Shown in pieces: positions 57,649 to 64,000 of a DNA stretch of 64,000 bases. Position 1 is the stretch's first letter. The number at the start of each line of letters is the position of its first letter. The notes below the pieces were generated by a model. It was not told the origin of the DNA and searched no databases. It saw only the letters and a list, made by a program, of their open reading frames with translations. Source of the DNA: an uncultured Dehalococcoidia bacterium (GTDB taxonomy: Bacteria; Chloroflexota; Dehalococcoidia; Lucifugimonadales; GCA-2712585); assembly GCA_964439905.1 (NCBI GenBank), contig CAYTPK010000025.1, positions 1,987 through 65,986 of the forward strand. The letters run 5' to 3'. A program made the position numbers and the translations under genes.

Positions 57649-57844
57649 GACTCTGGAATGCGGAAAAGGTGTTGGACGGCTCACAATCATCCAGGTCCAT
57701 ATTTCGCAATTTGCTTACCACCGTCATAATGTCGTTCACTTGCTGATATACAATTTCCATATGCTCAGCATCCGAGACATCTATACCCAATTGTTTTGCC
57801 ATTGCCATAAAGGTGTCTTTGGACATGTTGGCGTTTTGCGACAT
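57638..57844 (-). CDS. Small GatC/AtzG-like (DUF4089-like) putative amidase partner subunit (68 aa)
   Basis: 68-aa acidic protein translationally coupled to the amidase. The pattern ...AKQLGIDVSDAE...L..MDLDDCEPSNTF resembles small GatC-derived amidase partners. Confidence 0.45.
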   Translation of the reverse strand: MSQNANMSKDTFMAMAKQLGIDVSDAEHMEIVYQQVNDIMTVVSKLRNMDLDDCEPSNTFSAFQSHDE

Positions 57845-57899
57845 ATATTACCCTCCATTTACACATCTAAATACTTTATTTTTGGGCCGTCATATTGGC

Positions 57900-58658
57900 T
57901 CAAACTTCTTTCTCAACAGGGTTCCTTAGAACACCAATTCCTTCTATCTCCACCTCCACAATGTCACCATCTTTCAACTCTGCAGGTTTCCCTGGTGTGC
58001 CAGTATAGATTAAATCACCTGGCTCCAGTGTCATAACCTGACTTACATGGGCTATCACCGTTGGTAAATCAAACAAAAACATTTTTGTTGACTCTGATTG
58101 AACTTCTATACCATTAACCCTTGCCTTCATTACAATGTCTCCCGGGTCCAGATCCGTTTCTATAAACGGACCCGCCACACTAAAGGTATCGGAGGATTTA
58201 GCCCGCCACCATTGACCATCCTCCCTTTGCCAATCACGTGCACTTACATCATTTCCGCACGTATATCCCAAAACATGCTTCAGTGCTTCTTCTTTGGAAA
58301 TATTTTTGCATCGATCCTTAATCACAGCTACCACTTCTCCTTCTTCATCAACCCGACCACTAAAATTTCTGGGTAAAACAATAGATTCCTCTGGCCCAAT
58401 TAATGAAGTCGGTGTTTTCAAAAAAATAAGCGGTTCTTTTAATGGTGGTCGTTCTCCTAAATGGCTGCGGTAATTAAGCCCAACCGCCAATATTTTACCT
58501 GGTAGGGAAGGAGCAAGTATTTTCACATCAGACAATGGATGGATATGATCAGTAATTACGAAACTATCAAAAGGATTATTCGTAATCTCCCTAACAATAT
58601 TGCCATCCACCACTCCATAGCTAATATCTCCGTGTGCTAAATAACGAACAAATTTCAT
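57900..58658 (-). CDS. Fumarylacetoacetate hydrolase (FAH) family protein
   Basis: 252 aa with the EGEVVAVI...GYTCGNDVSARD...GTPGKP metal and substrate motifs. Confidence 0.85.
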   Translation of the reverse strand: MKFVRYLAHGDISYGVVDGNIVREITNNPFDSFVITDHIHPLSDVKILAPSLPGKILAVGLNYRSHLGERPPLKEPLIFLKTPTSLIGPEESIVLPRNFSGRVDEEGEVVAVIKDRCKNISKEEALKHVLGYTCGNDVSARDWQREDGQWWRAKSSDTFSVAGPFIETDLDPGDIVMKARVNGIEVQSESTKMFLFDLPTVIAHVSQVMTLEPGDLIYTGTPGKPAELKDGDIVEVEIEGIGVLRNPVEKEV

Positions 58659-58754
58659 GCTTTTCCTCTCCTTCTTCTTAGCTAATTAACCTCTTGGCAC
58701 TCTACGCTACCTAATTCTAAAGTCCCACGCGGGTTTAATCTAGACCTCCACTAT

Positions 58755-58776
58755 AGGCACGTTTTAGGCACGTTTT
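58755..58776 (+). repeat. Perfect tandem 11-bp direct repeat (AGGCACGTTTT x2) abutting the -35 element
   Basis: Read directly from the sequence: 58755-58765 and 58766-58776. One nucleotide separates it from TTGACA. Confidence 0.85.
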
Positions 58777-58777
58777 C

Positions 58778-58806
58778 TTGACACACAACATCGTCCTTCC
58801 TATAAT
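58778..58806 (+). promoter_or_regulatory. Perfect consensus sigma70 promoter of the DUF1800-DUF1501 unit
   Basis: TTGACA (58778-58783), exactly 17 nt, TATAAT (58801-58806). Confidence 0.65.
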
Positions 58807-58894
58807 ACGATATTGGCGGCATGTGACCAAATCAAGGCGTGCATGGGTCAATGGAAAATCCGCTAAAAATAATCAATATATAAGGAGATCATAG

Positions 58895-60310
58895 ATGCCA
58901 GCAAAGGACATAGCTCTCATGGCACATCTAATGCGTAGGGCCGGTTTCGGGGCCAACTATGATGAGCTAGAAAAGAGAGCCAATAACGGGTACGAACAAA
59001 CTGTTGAAGAACTTCTCGATCCAGACGCACATGGTGTGCCTATATATGATGAGTATACTTTAGCTCGTTACTATCCAGATATGGAAGTACCCTCAGCCCC
59101 AGCGCTTGGAACATCTAACTTCATGTACCATCTCTATACCACGCCTAGACCTCTAGTGGAGAAGATGACCCTGTTCTGGCACATGATCTTCGCGACGGGC
59201 AATTCTAAAGTTGATAACCCACCTGAAATGTTACAGCAAATCCAGCTGTTTAGAGATCACGGGATGGGAAATTATAGGGATCTTCTAGTACGAATATCGA
59301 AAGACCCAGCGATGATCTTCTGGCTAGATAACAACCAAAACCACAAAAAAGCCCCCAACGAAAACTGGGGGAGAGAACTCCTGGAGCTGTTCTCCATGGG
59401 ACAGGGCCATTACTCAGAAGATGACGTAAAAATGGCTGCAAGGGCATTCACTGGCTGGACTATTGGTCCTAAAATCCCGAGAACCCCTTACCAAAGACAT
59501 CATTGGAGTTTTATATATAAAGACGAGGATCACGACCACTCTACAAAAAGCTTTCTCGGCCGCGAAGGAGACTTCAACGGAGAGGATATAATCCAATTTA
59601 TTCTCGAGGACGAAGCTACTCCCCAATTCATTGCACGACATCTTTATAATTTCTTTGTAGAAGACGATGTTCAAGTCCCAAGTTGGCTTGATGTTCCAGC
59701 AAAGAATCCTGATGCAGTAAACGCAATAGCAAAAACTTTCAAGGAATCCGATTTTGATATCCGAACCACCTTGCGTTTTATCCTTAACTCATCTTTCTTC
59801 AAAGATGAGTCTGCCTGGTTCGCAAAAGTTAAAAACCCAGCTGAAGTAGTCGCGGGTACGATTCGACTTGTGGGGGATTTCGCCGAACCCAAGCCCGGCG
59901 TAATGGACATGGGATTGGAAGGTGCCTATCAAGGACAAGAACTGATCAATCCTCCCAGCGTAGAAGGGTGGCACACCGGCAGGGAATGGATCGACACCGG
60001 ATCTCTAGTCCGACGGGTAAATTTCGTCGCAGACATGTTAGGTAACACGGATTTCCCAGGAGTACAATCAATCATCAACCGGATAGGGAAAAAGGGAACC
60101 CTCTCCCCTGAAGAACTAGTGGATTCATGCCTAGAACTTCTCGGAGCTATCCAAATAGACAAGGGAACTAGAGACGAACTCATAACCCATGCCAAAAGCG
60201 GAGGAGAACTCAAACGTGGGTCATCAGAAGATGACGTAGCGGCATTTGGAACCCGTGTAGCGGAAATGTTACAACTAATCGCAGCCACTAGGGAGTACCA
60301 ATTCGGTTAA
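58895..60310 (+). CDS. DUF1800-domain protein (no signal peptide)
   Basis: MAHLMRRAGFGANYDELE hallmark, 471 aa. An in-frame TAG immediately precedes the ATG. Confidence 0.75.
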   Translation: MPAKDIALMAHLMRRAGFGANYDELEKRANNGYEQTVEELLDPDAHGVPIYDEYTLARYYPDMEVPSAPALGTSNFMYHLYTTPRPLVEKMTLFWHMIFATGNSKVDNPPEMLQQIQLFRDHGMGNYRDLLVRISKDPAMIFWLDNNQNHKKAPNENWGRELLELFSMGQGHYSEDDVKMAARAFTGWTIGPKIPRTPYQRHHWSFIYKDEDHDHSTKSFLGREGDFNGEDIIQFILEDEATPQFIARHLYNFFVEDDVQVPSWLDVPAKNPDAVNAIAKTFKESDFDIRTTLRFILNSSFFKDESAWFAKVKNPAEVVAGTIRLVGDFAEPKPGVMDMGLEGAYQGQELINPPSVEGWHTGREWIDTGSLVRRVNFVADMLGNTDFPGVQSIINRIGKKGTLSPEELVDSCLELLGAIQIDKGTRDELITHAKSGGELKRGSSEDDVAAFGTRVAEMLQLIAATREYQFG

Positions 60311-60379
60311 GGGATAATCCCAAAACCTGTAACCCTTTTACTGCTAAAATAAATTAAGACTCATTATAAGGAGTACATT

Positions 60380-61504
60380 ATGGCTAAAGATCCTATACTG
60401 GTAGTCTTCCAACTAACCGGAGGAAATGACTACTTAAATACTATAGTCCCTCGACAGGAAGGCCTTTACAGAGACTACAGGAAAAATATCGTAATACCCG
60501 AGGGAGAAGAAATCCCCATAGACGACAAATACGGATTTCATCCGGAGATGGGAGCACTTAAGCCTTTCTGGGATGAGGGCAAGATGGCCCTCATACACGG
60601 CATAGGCTATGAGAACTCCCCCCGTTCTCACTTTCGATCTATGGACATATGGCACACTTGCGAACCCAATAAAGTTGGTACCGAGGGTTGGGTAGGAAGA
60701 GCCACAAAGGTAATAGATCCAGGCAAGGAAAATGTCCTTACAGCTGTTAATTTCGGGCAGGGCCTCCCCAGAGCGATGGCCATGCCAGGTGTTCCAGTTG
60801 CTTCAGTTTCAGACATAGAAAATTACGGTGTGTTGACGGGAATAAACGGAGAACAACAGCGCCAAAGAGCGCTAGAACGTTTTTCCCGCGTGTACTCACC
60901 CGCCATAGGAACAGGTCCAGTAATGGACTATCTAGGCCAGACTGGATTAGATGCTTTGAAGGGCGCTGATATCCTAAAGGTAGCCCCTGAGATGTATTCG
61001 TCATCTGTGGAATACGCAGCCACCCCACTCGCGCAAAAGTTCCGCGGAATCTCTATGGTCTTACAGGCTAATTTGGGCACGAGGTTTTTCTACACACAGA
61101 GCGCCTCCTGGGACACCCATGCTTCTCAGATGCCCGGACACAAAGGCCTGTGGCAAGATGCAGCAAGATCAGTCTCCGATTTCTTCGCAGACCTAAGGGA
61201 GCATGATATGGCAGACAACGTAGTCCTCATAATGTTCTCTGAATTCGGCAGGCGAGTCGTAGACAACGGATCAGGCACTGATCACGGTGCTGCTGGCGTT
61301 GCCTTCGCAATTGGGGATGCAGTTCAAGGCGGACACTACTCAGAATATCCATCTATGAAGACCGAAGATCTCCAAGAAGGCGATTTGGCACCAAACTACG
61401 ACTTCCGTGGTTTTTACTCCACCCTTCTTGAAGATTTTATGCATCTCGACCCGACGGAAATCGTAGGTGGTTCCTTCGAGAAGCTAAGCTTCATAAATAA
61501 GTAA
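60380..61504 (+). CDS. DUF1501-domain protein (sulfatase/alkaline-phosphatase superfamily; no Tat signal)
   Basis: LVVFQLTGGNDYLNTIVP, FSEFGRR and GTDHGAAG hallmarks, 374 aa. An in-frame TAA lies 10 codons upstream. Confidence 0.8.
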   Translation: MAKDPILVVFQLTGGNDYLNTIVPRQEGLYRDYRKNIVIPEGEEIPIDDKYGFHPEMGALKPFWDEGKMALIHGIGYENSPRSHFRSMDIWHTCEPNKVGTEGWVGRATKVIDPGKENVLTAVNFGQGLPRAMAMPGVPVASVSDIENYGVLTGINGEQQRQRALERFSRVYSPAIGTGPVMDYLGQTGLDALKGADILKVAPEMYSSSVEYAATPLAQKFRGISMVLQANLGTRFFYTQSASWDTHASQMPGHKGLWQDAARSVSDFFADLREHDMADNVVLIMFSEFGRRVVDNGSGTDHGAAGVAFAIGDAVQGGHYSEYPSMKTEDLQEGDLAPNYDFRGFYSTLLEDFMHLDPTEIVGGSFEKLSFINK

Positions 61505-61531
61505 ACGCCTAAATTACAACTTAGAATAAAT

Positions 61532-61580
61532 GGTGAGGTGAACTGCTGACATGACTGGCGGTTCACCTCACTGGCGTTTT
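61532..61580 (+). terminator. Hairpin plus T-run between DUF1501 and the first NHL gene (terminator or attenuator)
   Basis: GTGAGGTGAAC / GTTCACCTCAC forms an 11-bp stem with a 17-nt loop, then TGGCGTTTTT. Confidence 0.45.
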
Positions 61581-61611
61581 TAATCCGGGAAAATCGCACT
61601 GGAGGTGACAC

Positions 61612-62619
61612 ATGCCCTCAACTCATATAGCGTCAGGAAGAGCTTTTACGTATGCAACTAACATCGGCAAAATATCCAGGTCCGAAATAGGATTTCGCCA
61701 CCCAGTTGGTTTAACTAGAGGCAAGGACGATACCCTATATATAGCCAATTGGGGAGATGAAGCATCTCCTAACGCCCGGATCACCAAATGTTCAATTTCC
61801 TCGCAGGATTGGATCGCTGACATAGGAGCACCAGGTAATGGCCTTGGTCAGTTTTTATGGCCAGGAGGATTGGCTTCTGATGCTACTGATCGTCTATACG
61901 TAACTGACCAGGCGGACCATAAGGTAGTGATCTTCGAGAGTGACGGACAATTCGTTGGAAAATGGGGGTTATTTGGGAACGGCGACGGTGAGTTTAACAG
62001 CCCCGCGGGGATTGCACTTGATTCTAATGAAAACGTCCTAATAGTAGATTCAAAAAACCACCGAATACAAAGGTACACTAAAGATGGGAAATATCTTCAA
62101 GGGTTTGGGCAATTCGGTTCTAAAATAGGATCCCTAAACACTCCTTGGGGAATTGGGCTAGATACAAAAGATAACATCTACGTGGCCGACTGGAGAAATA
62201 ATCGAGTGCAAAAATTTAGCCCACAGGGGGACCTCTTACTCTCGATTGCCCATGCAGACACATCTGCTGATCCTTTAAATCATCCTGCCGACGTTACAAT
62301 AGACCCGGAAGGAGATATATACATCGCCGATTGGGGGAATCATAGGGTGGCAGTCTATGAACCAGACGGAACTTTTCTTTTAACATTACAAGGGGACGCT
62401 TCCGATCTATCCGCTTGGGCCAAGGCTGCCGTAGCAGCTAATCCAGATTTAGCCAAAGCTAGAGATCGTGTAAATCTCGAGCCTGAATGGCGTTTTTGGC
62501 ATCCTGTATCGATAAACATAGGTCCCGACTATAAAATCTTAATAGCGGAAGCTCAACACATGCGAATCCAGGTCTATCAAAAAGACCTTGAATACACGGA
62601 AGCCCAATTCACATTGTAG
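61612..62619 (+). CDS. NHL-repeat six-bladed beta-propeller protein, paralogue 1 (335 aa)
   Basis: Repeated blades (F..P.GIA.D....V.D..N.R.Q.F). RBS GGAGGTG. An in-frame TGA lies just upstream of the ATG. Confidence 0.8.
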   Translation: MPSTHIASGRAFTYATNIGKISRSEIGFRHPVGLTRGKDDTLYIANWGDEASPNARITKCSISSQDWIADIGAPGNGLGQFLWPGGLASDATDRLYVTDQADHKVVIFESDGQFVGKWGLFGNGDGEFNSPAGIALDSNENVLIVDSKNHRIQRYTKDGKYLQGFGQFGSKIGSLNTPWGIGLDTKDNIYVADWRNNRVQKFSPQGDLLLSIAHADTSADPLNHPADVTIDPEGDIYIADWGNHRVAVYEPDGTFLLTLQGDASDLSAWAKAAVAANPDLAKARDRVNLEPEWRFWHPVSINIGPDYKILIAEAQHMRIQVYQKDLEYTEAQFTL

Positions 62620-62741
62620 CAGTATCGATTCCTTTTAATTCATCCTACTGAGGATGAGGCCATGAAGGTGTCCACATTACTTTGCGAATTCATTCAGAAC
62701 ACGATATATTAAGACCACACGAGACCATCAAGGAGTTTGAA

Positions 62742-63749
62742 ATGCCTGTCACGCAAATAGCAGGAACCAAAGCCTTCGCTTACGTGGGTAACATTGGCCA
62801 AATCGGCGCATCTGGGCCCACGCTGCGCCACCCTATCGGACTAGCCCGCGGGAAGAATGACGTACTATATGTAGCTAATTGGGGCGTTGAAAGCAATCCA
62901 TCCACACGTATAACAAAGTGCACTATAGACACTCAAGAATGGATTCAGGACATAGGGCATCCCGAAAATGGCGACCCTACCTTTAAGTGGCCAGGAGGAC
63001 TTGCTATCAATGATCAAGAAATCCTTTTTGTTACAGATCAGGCTGATAGTTGCGTTCACAAATATTCCCCCGATGGGAAATATCTAGGCCGATGGGGAAA
63101 CTTCGGGGCTCTTGATGGAGAACTAAAAAGACCAAGCGGAATTGCAGTGGATAAAGACAATAACGTATGGATAGTAGATTCTGGCAACGACCGAATACAA
63201 CAATTCGACGCCAACGGCTCCTTCCTAAGCAAATTTGGTTCGAGTGGATCAAACGATGGAGAATTTAACTCTCCGTGGGGAATCAGCATTGACAATAACG
63301 GCACACTGCTGATAGCAGACTGGGGAAACAATCGTGTTCAGCGGATGGATACAAACGGCCAAACCTTACAAACCATTGGAAGGCCAGGCAACCAAAATGG
63401 CGAACTAAATCATCCCAGCTTCGCTATAGAAGATAAAGACGGCGACATTTATGTTGCAGATTGGGGTAATCATAGAGTACAAATCTTTGAGGCCGACGGT
63501 ATTTACATGGCCACTCTGATAGGAGATGCCAATAACTTATCAGAATGGGCAAAAGGAAAAGTAGCTTCCAATCCCGACCTGATTAAAGCGCTAGAAAGAG
63601 TTGATTTGGAGCCTATGTCTCGGCTTTGGAGTCCAACGTGTGTCCACATCGGCGATGATTACAAAATACTCATCGCAGAAGGACAGCATATGCGTGTTCA
63701 AATATACCAAAAGGATCCTTCTTACCAAGAGGCTCAATTTACACTGTAA
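62742..63749 (+). CDS. NHL-repeat six-bladed beta-propeller protein, paralogue 2 (335 aa)
   Basis: ATG 62742 after AAGGAG gives the same length as paralogue 1 and a parallel N terminus (MPVTQIAG vs MPSTHIAS). Both end EAQFTL. A candidate own promoter is TTGCGA-N17-TATATT (62682-62710). Confidence 0.8.
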   Translation: MPVTQIAGTKAFAYVGNIGQIGASGPTLRHPIGLARGKNDVLYVANWGVESNPSTRITKCTIDTQEWIQDIGHPENGDPTFKWPGGLAINDQEILFVTDQADSCVHKYSPDGKYLGRWGNFGALDGELKRPSGIAVDKDNNVWIVDSGNDRIQQFDANGSFLSKFGSSGSNDGEFNSPWGISIDNNGTLLIADWGNNRVQRMDTNGQTLQTIGRPGNQNGELNHPSFAIEDKDGDIYVADWGNHRVQIFEADGIYMATLIGDANNLSEWAKGKVASNPDLIKALERVDLEPMSRLWSPTCVHIGDDYKILIAEGQHMRVQIYQKDPSYQEAQFTL

Positions 63750-63808
63750 AACCCATTCATTGAGATTGCCTTTCCCCAGCATATTCTACAGGCTTTTCAT
63801 TATCTCCC

Positions 63809-63837
63809 TTGCGCGTGATTTGGGGCCAACTTATAAT
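63809..63837 (+). promoter_or_regulatory. Candidate promoter of the aminotransferase gene
   Basis: TTGCGC (63809-63814), 17-nt spacer, TATAAT (63832-63837). Confidence 0.45.
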
Positions 63838-63868
63838 GCGCCTAGTCTTGACACATGAGGTATAAGTA

Positions 63869-64000
63869 ATGGCTACCCAATTTATGGCATATTTCAATGG
63901 CGAGTGGCTACCGGCAGACGAATGCAAGGTTTCAATTGCTGACCGCGGGTTTACTTTAGGAGACGGTGTCTTTGAGGTAGACAGGACCTTCAACGGGAAG
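63869..64000 (+). CDS. Class IV aminotransferase (branched-chain/D-amino-acid aminotransferase family), 3' end outside window
   Basis: Own translation: MATQFMAYFNGEWLPADECKVSIADRGFTLGDGVFEVDRTFNGK. The competing track ORF 63757..63993(-) is rejected. Confidence 0.75.
   Translation, partial: MATQFMAYFNGEWLPADECKVSIADRGFTLGDGVFEVDRTFNGK

Noticed and set aside
63757-63993. Track ORF (78 aa, minus strand) at the window end.
   Set aside because: The opposite strand encodes an unmistakable class IV aminotransferase N terminus (FNGEW...DRGFTLGDGVFE) starting at 63869.
1-64000. A variant genetic code (TGA read as Trp or Gly) as the explanation for the in-frame TGAs.
   Set aside because: TGA clearly ends several well-defined genes at their expected lengths (CoA-transferase A, hspR, gcvT, gcvPA, gcvPB, cupin). 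Recoding is therefore confined to two catalytic-Cys positions.

Overview
This 64 kb window is AT-rich bacterial chromosome and mostly core housekeeping genes. I found no mobile elements, CRISPR arrays or prophage genes.

**Recognisable blocks**
- hspR-grpE-dnaK
- A three-gene DsrE-superfamily cluster followed by alaX
- amt
- gcvT-gcvH-gcvPA-gcvPB
- tRNA-Ser, then moaD-moaE, then a stand-alone 5S rRNA gene
- clpC, an MFS transporter, radA
- tRNA-Thr, tRNA-Tyr, tRNA-Thr, then tuf-rpmG-secE-nusG-rplK-rplA-rplJ-rplL
- FAH, a small GatC-like protein, an amidase, then prfA and prmC

Many promoters fit TTGACA-N17-TATAAT closely. The gene content suggests a marine monoderm lineage such as Chloroflexota: clpC with no ctsR, an unlinked 5S gene, and a sortase-type C-terminal signal. 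This taxonomic call is inference only.

**Main findings**
1. Two genes carry an in-frame TGA exactly at the catalytic cysteine of a thioredoxin-fold redox motif, so both are predicted selenoproteins. One is an NHLRC2-like thioredoxin/NHL protein with the motif C-U-I-N-C and a SECIS-like hairpin. The other is an AhpE-like peroxiredoxin with the motif FTGG-U-T. The ORF track splits or truncates both.
2. A four-gene module of unknown function, DUF1800-DUF1501-NHL-NHL, lacks any signal peptide. It sits behind a perfect consensus promoter flanked by a tandem 11-bp direct repeat and followed by a 54-nt 5' hairpin. It is divergent from the FAH, GatC/AtzG-like and amidase operon.
3. Two tandem desulforedoxin-like mini-genes (39 and 47 codons) with their own promoter are missing from the ORF track.
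4. The 5S rRNA gene is stand-alone, with its own promoter and terminator.

The selA, selB, selC and selD genes are not in this window.
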